Positions 1-10,071 of a stretch of 64,000 bases of DNA are shown one piece after another. Within the stretch, counting starts at the first letter, position 1, and each line of letters begins with the position of its first letter. The position numbers and the translations under genes were made by a program. The notes beneath the pieces are model-generated. The model was not told the origin of the DNA, did not search any database, and saw only the letters and a program-made list of their open reading frames with translations. This DNA comes from Myxococcota bacterium (lineage in GTDB: Bacteria; Myxococcota_A; UBA9160; UBA6930), in NCBI GenBank assembly GCA_965223705.1, contig OZ245015.1, forward strand, positions 4,032,001 through 4,096,000. Direction: 5' to 3'.

Positions 1-425
1 TGATGCAGCACCCGCGCTCCGTGGTGACCTTCTCGGATTCAGGGGCACACGTTTCGCAAATCATGGACTCGTCGCTGCAGACCCACCTTCTCAGCCACTG
101 GGTGCGCGAGAGGGAGGCGATGACTCTCGAGGAAGCCGTACGTCAGCTCACGTTGGTGCCGGCGACTCAGTGGGGATTCGGGGACCGCGGCCTACTGCGA
201 GAAGGCCTGGCTGCGGATGTCGTCGTTTTCGATCCCACGAGGATCGCGCCACGAATGCCAGTCGTCGACACGGATCTCCCCGGGGGCGCGAAGCGTCTCA
301 AGCAAGGTGCCGACGGAATTGCAGCGTCTGTCGTCAACGGTGAAGTCGTACTGCGCCACGGCGAGCACACGGGGGCCTACCCGGGACAACTGCTTCGGGG
401 TCCGCTTGCGCGTGCTGCGCTGTAG
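1..425 (+). CDS. N-acyl-D-amino-acid deacylase-like amidohydrolase, C-terminal part (5' truncated by window edge)
   Basis: SDSGAH motif, 'LEEAVRQLT..PA', 'DRGLLREGLAADVVVFDP', 'VVNGEVV...HTGAYPGQLLR' are typical of the D-aminoacylase/amidohydrolase_3 C-terminus. Confidence 0.8.
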   Translation, partial: MQHPRSVVTFSDSGAHVSQIMDSSLQTHLLSHWVREREAMTLEEAVRQLTLVPATQWGFGDRGLLREGLAADVVVFDPTRIAPRMPVVDTDLPGGAKRLKQGADGIAASVVNGEVVLRHGEHTGAYPGQLLRGPLARAAL

Positions 426-481
426 GTGAGATAGAAGAGCGCTGGCGGATGATCCGCTGTGCGTCAACAGCGGAGGCGGAG

Positions 482-772
482 ATGGCTTGCCAAGTGCTTT
501 TGGAAGCAACAATCAAAGACGGGTGTCACGACAAATTGCGCCAGAGGTTTGTCGAGTTGTTACCGGCCACTCGTGCGTACGAGGGAATCAACTCCATCTA
601 CATCACCAAGGATCAAGACAATCCGTCGCAAATCGTCATCGTCGAGCTCTGGGAAAGCCGTGCGCACTACGAGAACTATCTCGATTGGAGAACTGAGACC
701 GGCGTCATGGATGAGTTGGCAACCATGATGGAAAACCCGACCTGGCGCTTTCTCGACAACTGGGGCGTGTGA
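482..772 (+). CDS. Antibiotic biosynthesis monooxygenase (ABM/Dabb) family protein
   Basis: 'TRAYEG', 'IVIVELWESRAHYENYL' ABM pattern. Start moved to ATG 482, preceded by GGAGG. Confidence 0.75.
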   Translation: MACQVLLEATIKDGCHDKLRQRFVELLPATRAYEGINSIYITKDQDNPSQIVIVELWESRAHYENYLDWRTETGVMDELATMMENPTWRFLDNWGV

Positions 773-1251
773 TTCGAATCGTATGAGCATTTCGCCGAAC
801 GGGGTCCTGCGCTGCCAGCTGGCACCACTCGCTCACCGACTCGAGCCGCTCGACCGCCGATAGGAACCGTTCCGCGGGCTCTGGAAGCGGGCGAGTCGAC
901 GCCGCCTCGGAACTTCAGCAATCGAAACACCCCGGACGTCCGCCCTCGCAGCTGACTCAGCGGTCTCCGTCACGAACTCTCCTGACCGACAGCGTCCCGT
1001 GCCCGGCCCCACGGGAATGGCGAAGTGCGATGCAGATGACACCCCTTGGGGATCCTTCAGCCTCGCCAACGGTCCCCTTCGATCGCCTGCAAGGAGGCCC
1101 AACCCTCCCTCACGGAGGGCCCCACCCGTACGCGAGGTAAGGACACATTCCGTTGGGTGATCGCGCTCGACCTTCGACGGTGACATCTAAGTATCTGAAT
1201 GCGCGAGGGAACTTGACAGTCCGCGAAGTGACGTGAAAGGATTCTCGCGGC

Positions 1252-3249
1252 ATGTGCGGTATCGCCGGACTCCTCCGAAGAAGCGAAAGACCGCTTCCGC
1301 ATCCCCAGACCCTGCGTCGGATGGTGGCCGCCCTAGGTCACCGCGGCCCGGACGATGCAGGCGAGTTTCTGCACGATGACGTTCAACTCGGGATGGTGCG
1401 GTTGGCCGTTGTCGATCTCAAGAACGGCCAGCAGCCTCTCCTCGGCTGCGACGACCGGACGGCCTGTGTCTTCAACGGTGAGATCTACAACCACCACGAC
1501 TTGCGACGAGAACTGAGAGTCGATCACCACAGACTCGCGAACGAATCCGATGGGGTCGTCATCCCCCACCTCTACGAGAATCACGATTCTGCGATGCTCG
1601 AAAAGCTTCGCGGCATGTTTGCCCTCGCCGTGTGGGATGCACGCAACCGTCGACTGCTTCTCGCGCGGGATCGCCTCGGGATCAAACCTCTTTACTGGGC
1701 GGTGACGCGGGACTTCTTCCTCTTTGCCTCTGAGGTCAAGGCCCTTTTCGCTTCCGAGCTGATTGACCGAGCGTTGGATCCGCAGGGCATCGACGATCTC
1801 TTTTCCCTCTCCTACCCGTGCCCTCCTCGAAGCCTCTTTCGAGGTGTTCAACAACTCCTACCCGCCCATTGGCTCAGCGTGCGCGCGGGAGAAGCCGAGC
1901 TCGATATCCAGCGCTACTGGCGAGCGCCCTTCGTTCCCAAGGGAGAGCACCGGCGCATCTCGCGGCGCGATGCAGAGGAGGAATTCCGAGAGCTGTTGCG
2001 TCGCAAGGTATATGACCACCTCCAGGCTGACGTTCCGGTGGCCACGTACCTGTCGGGAGGTCTCGACTCTTCAACGATTGCGGCGCTCGTGAAGGACGTG
2101 ACCGGAGATCCCCCGACTGCTTTGACGATCGGTTTTGCGTCCGAGCAACACGACGAGCGCGAGTTCGCGAAGCTCGCCGCCGATTCCCTCGGCTGTCCCT
2201 CACATACCGTGGTGTGCGATGAGACGACGCCACATCATTTTCCCACAGCCTTATGGCACACGGAGTTGCCACTGCAATTCCCGTTGGCGCTCCCATTGTC
2301 GCTACTTGCGAGCAGAGCACGCGCCGAAGGTTTCCCGGTTGTGCTCACGGGAGAGGGAGCGGACGAGCTACTGGGCGGGTACGACTGCTTTCGGGCGGAC
2401 AAGATGCGCCGGCTCTTCAATCGTCCGGGGCTTCGCTCGCTCCGGGCTCGTGCGTACCGTCAGCTCTACAAGTGGCACGGGTTTCCCGAAGGCACCGTCG
2501 AGCTCATGCTCTCCAACCAAGCGCGCCCGGAGGGCGAGATCGAAGATGCCTTCGGTGGTGTCTTTCCGCCGTGGTTCGACGTGTGGAGCACCTTCGCGTA
2601 CGGCTTCGACCGGAATCTTCTGTTGTCGGCCGACGGGCGCGATGTCAGGGCGATCGACCAGGCGCCGGAGGGTTTCTCGGCGCTGGTCCGAGACGATCAC
2701 CGGTCCCTCCATCCCTTAGACGCCGGTCTCGCCCTTGAGATCGAGACCCGCCTACCCGCTTGGATCTTGCTCATCGGAGATCGAGCCTCGATGGCGGCAG
2801 GCGTCGAGGCCAGGGTTCCCTTCCTCGATCACGAGATCGTGGAGTTTCTCGCGCCCCTCCACCCGAGCCTCAAGATGAAAGGCTTCTCGGATAAGTCCCT
2901 TCTGCGCGGAGCGATGAAAGGAATCCTTCCGGAAAAGCTTCGCCGTCGACCGAAGCGACCGTTCTACACGCCCTTGGCGGAGTGGTTCTTCCAGGACGGT
3001 GCTCCCGAATACGTGGACGACGCCCTTGGAGAAGCAGCGCTTCGACGGGCCGGCGTCTTCGCCCCTGAAGTCGTGAAGCGGATGCGAGAAGAAATTCGGT
3101 CCGTTCCAACGCATACCCTGCGCCGCGTGCAGCTCGAATGGAATCTGGTACTGGTGCTGGGAACTCAGCTTATTCACGAAATGTTCATCTCCGACTTTCG
3201 GCCTACGGGCCCACCTGCCGGAGCGGCTGCGTCCATTGTGAGCGTGTGA
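1252..3249 (+). CDS. asnB: Asparagine synthase (glutamine-hydrolysing)-like amidotransferase
   Basis: N-terminal MCGIAG (Ntn Cys), HRGPD, FNGEIYN, ARDRLGIKPLY, LSGGLDSS PP-loop, LTGEGADELLGGY, EARVPFLD. Confidence 0.93.
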   Translation: MCGIAGLLRRSERPLPHPQTLRRMVAALGHRGPDDAGEFLHDDVQLGMVRLAVVDLKNGQQPLLGCDDRTACVFNGEIYNHHDLRRELRVDHHRLANESDGVVIPHLYENHDSAMLEKLRGMFALAVWDARNRRLLLARDRLGIKPLYWAVTRDFFLFASEVKALFASELIDRALDPQGIDDLFSLSYPCPPRSLFRGVQQLLPAHWLSVRAGEAELDIQRYWRAPFVPKGEHRRISRRDAEEEFRELLRRKVYDHLQADVPVATYLSGGLDSSTIAALVKDVTGDPPTALTIGFASEQHDEREFAKLAADSLGCPSHTVVCDETTPHHFPTALWHTELPLQFPLALPLSLLASRARAEGFPVVLTGEGADELLGGYDCFRADKMRRLFNRPGLRSLRARAYRQLYKWHGFPEGTVELMLSNQARPEGEIEDAFGGVFPPWFDVWSTFAYGFDRNLLLSADGRDVRAIDQAPEGFSALVRDDHRSLHPLDAGLALEIETRLPAWILLIGDRASMAAGVEARVPFLDHEIVEFLAPLHPSLKMKGFSDKSLLRGAMKGILPEKLRRRPKRPFYTPLAEWFFQDGAPEYVDDALGEAALRRAGVFAPEVVKRMREEIRSVPTHTLRRVQLEWNLVLVLGTQLIHEMFISDFRPTGPPAGAAASIVSV

Positions 3250-5831
3250 AGGTGGCCAACCGCTTTATCGCTCTGCCGGTAGGACGACCGGGGCTCACCC
3301 TCCTCGCGACGGCACTCTGGACGGTGTTGATGGTGGCGGGCCTTCCCCAACTGCGGATCGATTCTTCGATCGAGTCGATGATCGTGGAGAACGACCCGGA
3401 ACATGCCGCCTTCGAGAGCAAGAAGCAGATTTTCGGATCGGACGAGATCCTCTCGGTCGCGATCCCCTTCGGCGATGCCCTCGGCGCGGAAGCGCTCTCG
3501 CTACTGCGACGGATAACCACGCGTTTGGAAAAACTGCAAGGCGTCGACGGAGTCGACAGCGTCGCCAACGTAGACGACATCATCGGCCATGCCGACGAGC
3601 TCCGGGTCGAGCCACTCGTAGCGCGCGGCATCGATCCCGCGATGCTCGACGCCCAATCCGTTGAAGAAATTCGCAAGCGCGTGGACGCCAACGCGCCCTG
3701 GACGGGCTTCCTCATTTCCAAGGATCGTCGGACGGCCGCCCTGCAGGTCACCTTGAGCGCGAGCCACGGTAGCGACGCCGAGCGTCAGGCGGTCATCGCG
3801 GCCATCGACGCGATCCTCAGCGAGGAGCTCGGGAGCCGGGCCTACCACCTCGCGGGGCACCCCTTCATGAAGTCCGAGATAGGCCGCACCATCCAGCGCG
3901 ATCTCGGAATCTTCTTGCCGGTCACGATCCTCGTGATATCGGCATTGGCACTTCTCGTAACCGGGTCGCGCCAAATCGTGGCCCTGACGCTGGGCGGCGC
4001 CTTGCTTGCAGTCGTTTGGATGCTCGGCGGAATGGGATGGCTGGGCCTTCCCCTCACCGCAGTGTCCAACACCGCGCCGACCATCCTCCTCGCCCTCGCC
4101 ACGGCCTACCTCATGCACGTCGGTGCCGTCTACGAGCGAGAGTGGGATGAACGGTCCCCGGAAGCGAGTTTGCACCGGGCGTTTTCCCATAGCCGGCGAC
4201 CGCTTGTCCTTGCCGGGGCCACGACGGCCGTGGGCTTCGGTTCGCTGTGGTTCTCGCAAGTGCCCTTCATCCGGAGCTTCGGGTTGGTGCTGTCCGTGGG
4301 AATGGTTGGAATCGTAGTGATCGGCACGGTCTGTTTGCCCGCAGCACTCGCCTGGAAGAGACCCGCCGTGAGGCAGCGCAGCGCTTTCAGCTCCAGTCGA
4401 AGGCTCGGAATCGCACTCTTCCGAATCGCGCAGATCACCGCCAGGAAGCCCGTCGCCGTGCTCGTCTCTACCGGCTTGATCCTGCTGCTGTCGATCATTG
4501 GCGCGTTGCACCTCGAAATCGACTCGAGCGGACCGAATAAATTTTCCGAAGGTTCCCGCTTCCGGGTGTCCTCGGAATTCTACCGCTCCCAGCTCTCTGG
4601 GGACGTCGTTGAAAATGTCTACCTACAAGGCCCGCCTGGCGCATTCAAGGAGCCGGAAGTTCTACGACGAGTGCAGCGTCTCCAAGAAGACCTCGAGAAT
4701 CTGCCCGAGATCGACGCGTCCCTGTCCATTGCCGACTACATCCCGCTGATGAATCGCGCTTGGCACGAGAACGATCCCGCTCACGAACGCATCCCCGACA
4801 GTCGCGGTGCCGTGGCCCAGTATCTCCTGCTGTACTCCATGTCGGGAGACTCGGCTGCTTTCGATGACCTTGTAGATCTGCACTACGGGGAGGCGCGCAT
4901 TCTGCTGAAGGCGACGGTCACATCCAGTCGCGCGAGCGCCGATCTTCGGGAGCGTATCACCGAGCTGGCGCGACTGTATTTTTCGGATCCCGAGTGGCCG
5001 CCCGCCGTGCTGAGTACCGAGATCTCGTTGTCTCGAGCGGCCGACACCCTGTCCAGGGAACAGACTCGCGGTTTCACCGGAGCTTTTGCGTTCATCCTCC
5101 TCGCAGTCGGGGTCGGCTTCCGATCTTTCTCCGCCAGCAAACTGATGGCCGTGCCAAACGGGGCACCGATTCTCTTGAACCTCGGTGTGATGGGAATCCT
5201 CGGCATCCCCCTCAACGAGACCACTTCGGTGATCTCCGCGGTCGCCATCGGGATAGCCGTCGATAGCACCGTTCATCTGCTCGCGTCGGCTCGTCGTCTT
5301 GAGCGCGAGCACGGTTCCCCGTCGGCGGGAATCGTGGCGGCGATCCTCACCACCGGCCGCCCGGTCATCGTGACCGGCATTGTCGTGGTCGCGGGATTCT
5401 CCCTACTCGTCTTGTCCAGTTTTCGCTCCGTGGTCGAACTCGGCGTGCTGACGGCCGCCACCATGGTCTATTGCCTGATCGCCGACCTGTTCATCCTCCC
5501 CGCCCAGCTCTTTGCGGGGGCTCGCTGGCGTTCGGGCTCGCTCTGTGGGAGCAGCATTGTGCTAGCGGACAATGGGAGCTTCGCGACAGCGCTCGATCTC
5601 GAAGCCGTGGGTGCGAACGAATACTGCGCGCGACCTCTCGGGCCACTATCTCCTGATTTTGGAGACCGCGATCTGGTTCTGGAAGGTCTGTTGGACGCGC
5701 GGCACCAGCGCGGGCGCTTGGAGAAAGACGCTCTGTCGGGTGAGTTTCGTTTGAGGCTCCTACCGGAGCTCGAGACCGAAAGCGCTGATACTTCTGCAAC
5801 CCCTGTGACCCGTTCTGTGGGAAAGTCGTAG
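3246..5831 (+). CDS. MMPL/RND-superfamily lipid exporter
   Basis: Two repeats of TM + large extracytoplasmic loop + TM bundle; 'TTAVGFGSL', 'IGIAVDSTVH', 'TGRPVIVT'. GTG start overlaps the asnB TGA (GTGA). Confidence 0.88.
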   Translation: MKVANRFIALPVGRPGLTLLATALWTVLMVAGLPQLRIDSSIESMIVENDPEHAAFESKKQIFGSDEILSVAIPFGDALGAEALSLLRRITTRLEKLQGVDGVDSVANVDDIIGHADELRVEPLVARGIDPAMLDAQSVEEIRKRVDANAPWTGFLISKDRRTAALQVTLSASHGSDAERQAVIAAIDAILSEELGSRAYHLAGHPFMKSEIGRTIQRDLGIFLPVTILVISALALLVTGSRQIVALTLGGALLAVVWMLGGMGWLGLPLTAVSNTAPTILLALATAYLMHVGAVYEREWDERSPEASLHRAFSHSRRPLVLAGATTAVGFGSLWFSQVPFIRSFGLVLSVGMVGIVVIGTVCLPAALAWKRPAVRQRSAFSSSRRLGIALFRIAQITARKPVAVLVSTGLILLLSIIGALHLEIDSSGPNKFSEGSRFRVSSEFYRSQLSGDVVENVYLQGPPGAFKEPEVLRRVQRLQEDLENLPEIDASLSIADYIPLMNRAWHENDPAHERIPDSRGAVAQYLLLYSMSGDSAAFDDLVDLHYGEARILLKATVTSSRASADLRERITELARLYFSDPEWPPAVLSTEISLSRAADTLSREQTRGFTGAFAFILLAVGVGFRSFSASKLMAVPNGAPILLNLGVMGILGIPLNETTSVISAVAIGIAVDSTVHLLASARRLEREHGSPSAGIVAAILTTGRPVIVTGIVVVAGFSLLVLSSFRSVVELGVLTAATMVYCLIADLFILPAQLFAGARWRSGSLCGSSIVLADNGSFATALDLEAVGANEYCARPLGPLSPDFGDRDLVLEGLLDARHQRGRLEKDALSGEFRLRLLPELETESADTSATPVTRSVGKS

Positions 5832-5839
5832 GAGAGATC

Positions 5840-6484
5840 GTGGCGAGTACGTTGGCGGAATTGATGAGGGGATCACCGCAGAAGGTCTTGTCCTACGGTG
5901 GTTTCCAGTGTCGGCACGCGGAGAGCGAGGGAGAACTCGAAGACGCGTACCGTCTGAGACATCGCGTGTTCTCCGAGGCGGGCTACATCGAAGCCGCGGC
6001 TTTCCCAGACGGGCGATTCCGCGACGCGTTTGACGATGTATCAGCGCAGCTGCTTGTATTCGGCCCTGGAGACGAGTTGGTCGGCTCGACTCGCTTCGTC
6101 CTGCCCTCCGAACGAGGTTACGTGACGGAGCAACTGTTCAACATTGAACCCCCGCCCATCAACCGCCAACGGCTGGGTGAGTTCGGCCGCCTGGCTATCG
6201 ACTCTCGGTACCGGGGCGGCGAGCGCATACCGATGTTGGGCCTCCTGACGATGGTTTACTGGTGCATGCGCGAGAATCAGATCGAGTGGGTATACGCGTT
6301 TCTTCCGCCACGCCTGATCGACTCGTACGCGGCGCTGGGCTGTGTGTCGCGCCCACTCAAGGAACGCGAAGCAACAGCCGAGTTCCTCGAGCGACGCAAC
6401 CCGATGCGCAGCTACTTCGCCAAGCAGGAGATCCGCCCCGTGCTGTTCGAACTTTCCCAGATGCTGCGGGAGATCGGGGTCTAG
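5840..6484 (+). CDS. GNAT-fold N-acyltransferase (FeeM N-acyl amino acid synthase / PEP-CTERM-associated acyltransferase / LuxI-like fold)
   Basis: 'AYRLRHRVFSEAGY...DAFD', 'LVGSTRFV', 'EFGRLAIDSRYRG'; GGAGA RBS before GTG. Confidence 0.75.
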   Translation: MASTLAELMRGSPQKVLSYGGFQCRHAESEGELEDAYRLRHRVFSEAGYIEAAAFPDGRFRDAFDDVSAQLLVFGPGDELVGSTRFVLPSERGYVTEQLFNIEPPPINRQRLGEFGRLAIDSRYRGGERIPMLGLLTMVYWCMRENQIEWVYAFLPPRLIDSYAALGCVSRPLKEREATAEFLERRNPMRSYFAKQEIRPVLFELSQMLREIGV

Positions 6485-6499
6485 GGGTGTCAACAGCCC

Positions 6500-6718
6500 G
6501 TGCGGGCAGGACCGATCGCTCCCGCGATCTACGGCCTCAACGAATCTGACTCGATGATCCGCCCCTCCGTCACGTGGAACGTGTCAGACGCCGTCTCTTT
6601 CATCGTGGGGGCGGATTTGTTTACCGGGGGGCTCTTCGGTCAGTACGCAAACGACCGGGACTGCCCGCGGGTAGGGTCCATCGGATTTTTCTACGCCTTC
6701 GCTTCGAGACGCATCTAG
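6500..6718 (+). pseudogene. Probable remnant of an outer-membrane beta-barrel (DUF1302-like) C-terminus
   Basis: 'DSMIRPSVTWNVSDAVSFIVGADLFTGGLFGQYAND' resembles the final amphipathic strands of barrels that accompany MMPL exporters; no signal peptide or N-terminal part. Confidence 0.4.
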
Positions 6719-6788
6719 GCAGCTAAACGCCGGAGCGCCTTTCGAAGCCACCTTGAGTGACCGTGCCGGGTTGCCGAATGGACGCTTC

Positions 6789-9326
6789 ATGGGCCGGCGC
6801 CACGACCCGTTGTTTCTGTTCGCTGCATTCAGTCTGCTGGCGGTCACCGTCATCGGCGGCGTCCAGTCGAGCGCCTGGATCGGGAAGACATTCCCTGGAT
6901 TTCTCGTCCTCGAGAACCGGGTCATCGCATCCGCCGGCCTCGGCGACTGGCCCGCGACGCAGGGCGGCGAGATCTACCAGCGGGAAGTCGTCGCGGTTGA
7001 TGGCACTTCGCTCGCGCGCGTGGCCGATTTGCATGCCTACGTAGAACAGTTGCCGCCCGGGACTCCTGTCTCCTACCGCTTGAACCGGGACGGAACTACG
7101 ACAGAATACGTCGTTGCCACACGCCGCTTCAGCGGCGTGGACTACGCCCTCCTGTTCGGCTCTTATCTGTTCGCCGGGCTTGGACTCGGGATCGTGGCAC
7201 TTACGATCCGATATATGCGGCGGGAGGATCGCTCCGCAACGAGCAGTGCGTTCTGCCTGTGGCTCATGGGGATGTGGGCGCTCACAGCGACAGATCTCTA
7301 CGGCCCCTACAGGCTCTTCCGACTTCACTCGTTCCTAGAGTGTTTCTTGTTTGCGGCCGCCCTTCAGCTGGCGTTCGTCTTTCCCTACAGGCGTGCATGG
7401 TTGGCGAGAAGGCCTTCCTTGCTCGCCGTGCCGTACGGCGCTGCGGGCGCGCTCGCTCTCGTTACGCAGATAGGCCTGCAAGACCCCGACACGTATGTCG
7501 CCACCCACCTGTTCTCCATGGAGGCGCTTGCCGTTTCTATGGTCGTGCTCATCGCGATGCAGGTGCAGGCCTATTTCAAGCCGCCGGACTTCCGCGCGCG
7601 GCAGCGGGTGAAGGTCTTGGTGATCGGATCACTCGCCACGTTCAGTCCGCAGCTTGTCCTGCTCGCCACGACGGCGGCGAGCGGCGGTGCTGCGTCCCTC
7701 AACCTGATGGGCTGGAGCGGCGTCCTCTTCCCGGTATCGATTGGCTATGCGGTTCTCCGCGATGACCTGCTGGAAGTCGACAGCTTCGTCCGTCGGTCGA
7801 TTGGTTATATCCTGCTGACTGCGGTCGTCGCACTCGCTTACGCTGGGGCAATCACGGGCTTCGAGTCGTTGATTGTCGACCGTTGGGAGTGGGCGCGAGG
7901 GCTCTTCGTCCTGTGCTTCGCGGGTGTCTCGGCGATGGTGCTCCTCCCGTTGCGCAATCGCCTCCAGTCCACGGTAGATCGCCTCTTCTTCCGATCGGCT
8001 TGGGATTTTCGACGTCTCGTTGAAAACACGAGTGAGCGACTGACGTCGGCCACGGATTTGAACGTGGTCGCAGGACAGATCAGAAACGCGGTCGTCGAGG
8101 CCCTCCAGCCCGATGGCATTCACCTCTTGGTTCGGCGACGGACCAGCCCCGCATTCGAGTCGGTGCTGGCCGAAGGAGGATCGCTAGAAACGGCGATGGA
8201 GGTCGCACAGACCGCGGAGGCAGAGGCCGGCCCTTTCGACGTTCCCGGAAACGGGCTCGGCATTCCCTTCCGGATCGACAACTGGATGGTTGCCGTCCTG
8301 GTGGTCGGGCGGCGACTGTCGGGGCGCTACTACGGTGGCGATGATCGACGCCTCCTGCACACGTTGGCTCACCAGGGTGCCGTTGCCATCGACAATGCGT
8401 TGGCGGTTGAGCAGCTCAGGGAGTTGAATCGCAACCTCGAGCAGAAGGTCCAGGACCGTACCGCCGAGCTTCGCGAGACTCAATCACAGTTGGTACATCA
8501 AGAGAAGATGGCTTCCCTGGGCCAGCTCGTGGCCGGGGTCGCTCACGAGATCAACAATCCGATCAACTTCGTTCAGGGCAACCTGCACGTCCTCAAGGAC
8601 TATGCGGAATCACTGCGGTGCTACTTGCTAGGCCTTACGGAGTTGATCGATCCGGATGATTCAGACGTCCAGAAAAAGCTCGAGGACCTTCGGAATACGC
8701 ACGACGTGGAATACATCTTCGATGACCTCGAGGACGCTTTCAGCGGCTGTGAAGAGGGCGTAGAACGCACGACCACCATCATCCAGGATCTCCGAACCTT
8801 TTCCCGCCACGACTGCGGCGAAACCGCGACGGTGAACATCCACGATGGGATCGAGTCGACCTTGGCTCTCCTCAACAGTCGGCTCCGGGGTATCGAGGTT
8901 GTGCGCGACTTCGATGAACTCCCCTCCGTCGAATGTCTGGCAGGTCAGGTGAACCAAGTCTGGATGAATCTCCTCGCAAACGCCGCCGATGCTGTAGACG
9001 GGCATGGAAGGATCACCATACGGACGCGAACCTGTCCGTCCAGCATTCGGGTAGAAATCGAGGACGATGGATGCGGCATACCCGAGGCGCAGTTGGCGCG
9101 CATCTTCGACCCTTTCTACACAACCAAGGGGGTTGGGAGCGGAACCGGCCTGGGCCTGGCCATCACTTACGGGATTATTCGGCGCCACGGTGGGGAGATT
9201 CAGGTCACCAGCGACGAGGGCCAGGGGACGCGCTTTTCCGTAGAACTTCCGCGCGCGTTCACAGGAGAGGGCAGCCAGACAGGAGAGTTCCTCGTAATCC
9301 CCTCAACGGCCGAACAAGACACATAA
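6789..9326 (+). CDS. Membrane sensor histidine kinase (TM-PDZ-multi-TM-GAF-HisKA-HATPase)
   Basis: PDZ-like 'VVAVDGTSL...PPGTPVSYRLNRDG', many hydrophobic helices, GAF-like 'LAHQGAVAIDNA', H-box 'EKMASLGQLVAGVAHEINNP', N/G1/F/G2 boxes. Confidence 0.92.
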   Translation: MGRRHDPLFLFAAFSLLAVTVIGGVQSSAWIGKTFPGFLVLENRVIASAGLGDWPATQGGEIYQREVVAVDGTSLARVADLHAYVEQLPPGTPVSYRLNRDGTTTEYVVATRRFSGVDYALLFGSYLFAGLGLGIVALTIRYMRREDRSATSSAFCLWLMGMWALTATDLYGPYRLFRLHSFLECFLFAAALQLAFVFPYRRAWLARRPSLLAVPYGAAGALALVTQIGLQDPDTYVATHLFSMEALAVSMVVLIAMQVQAYFKPPDFRARQRVKVLVIGSLATFSPQLVLLATTAASGGAASLNLMGWSGVLFPVSIGYAVLRDDLLEVDSFVRRSIGYILLTAVVALAYAGAITGFESLIVDRWEWARGLFVLCFAGVSAMVLLPLRNRLQSTVDRLFFRSAWDFRRLVENTSERLTSATDLNVVAGQIRNAVVEALQPDGIHLLVRRRTSPAFESVLAEGGSLETAMEVAQTAEAEAGPFDVPGNGLGIPFRIDNWMVAVLVVGRRLSGRYYGGDDRRLLHTLAHQGAVAIDNALAVEQLRELNRNLEQKVQDRTAELRETQSQLVHQEKMASLGQLVAGVAHEINNPINFVQGNLHVLKDYAESLRCYLLGLTELIDPDDSDVQKKLEDLRNTHDVEYIFDDLEDAFSGCEEGVERTTTIIQDLRTFSRHDCGETATVNIHDGIESTLALLNSRLRGIEVVRDFDELPSVECLAGQVNQVWMNLLANAADAVDGHGRITIRTRTCPSSIRVEIEDDGCGIPEAQLARIFDPFYTTKGVGSGTGLGLAITYGIIRRHGGEIQVTSDEGQGTRFSVELPRAFTGEGSQTGEFLVIPSTAEQDT

Positions 9327-9423
9327 ACGTGTACGCAGAATCTCCTGGAAGCGCGAAGCCGCAAAGGAGATCGGCGGGTTTTCCCTCATGCGGCTTCCGC
9401 GAAAGGTCGATGGCTCGGGTACT

Positions 9424-10071
9424 ATGGAGCGGCGCGCCCGGATTCTCGCGGTCGATGATGAGCAACGTGGCGTGGAGCTCGTCAAGCGAGTCCTGCGCCG
9501 GATCGCCGACGTCGACACGGCAATGTCGGGCGAAGAGGGCTGGGAGCTGTTCCAGAGCTCCGACTTCGATTTGGTGATTTCGGATCAGCGCATGCCTGGC
9601 ATCTCCGGAGTCGATCTCCTCGCAAACATCGCGGAAGCATCTGCCGATACGGGAAGGATCCTGCTGACGGGGTATGCGGACACTGTGGACACCGTCGCCG
9701 CGATCAACCGAGCGCAGGTTCACGCCTACTTGAGCAAGCCGTGCCCACCCGACCAGCTCTCCGTAACCGTCGGTTCGGTTCTGGAACGGGTCAAGACACT
9801 TCGCGAGAACCGGCGACTGCGGGATCTCTTGGAGATGAAGTCCGCGAGTGGCAGAGGTCAACTTGACGGAGCAGATCCCAACGTACAAAGGATTGCCGAA
9901 GCCCTGGCGGAGGCGGCGCATCACGTGTCATCAGCAGCCCACCAAGTCGGAGAATTGAGTGACGATCCGTCTATGATCGAAGACCTGATTCGAGCCGCAG
10001 AAGAAGTCGGGCTTCTATCCGAGGAGCTTCTAAAGTCGGCCGCTTGCGACCGCTCCATCAAGCGTCGGTGA
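9424..10071 (+). CDS. Response regulator (receiver domain + coiled coil, no DNA-binding domain)
   Basis: ILAVDDE, VISDQRMPG, LLTGY, YLSKP. Confidence 0.88.
   Translation: MERRARILAVDDEQRGVELVKRVLRRIADVDTAMSGEEGWELFQSSDFDLVISDQRMPGISGVDLLANIAEASADTGRILLTGYADTVDTVAAINRAQVHAYLSKPCPPDQLSVTVGSVLERVKTLRENRRLRDLLEMKSASGRGQLDGADPNVQRIAEALAEAAHHVSSAAHQVGELSDDPSMIEDLIRAAEEVGLLSEELLKSAACDRSIKRR

Noticed and set aside
1252..3249. Lasso peptide cyclase
   Set aside because: It keeps the full glutaminase domain with N-terminal Cys; no B1/B2 proteins or convincing precursor in 773-1251.
5840..6484. Canonical LuxI AHL synthase
   Set aside because: It has GY rather than the conserved GW, lacks the E of ExDxxD, and no LuxR is nearby; it fits FeeM-like acyltransferases better.
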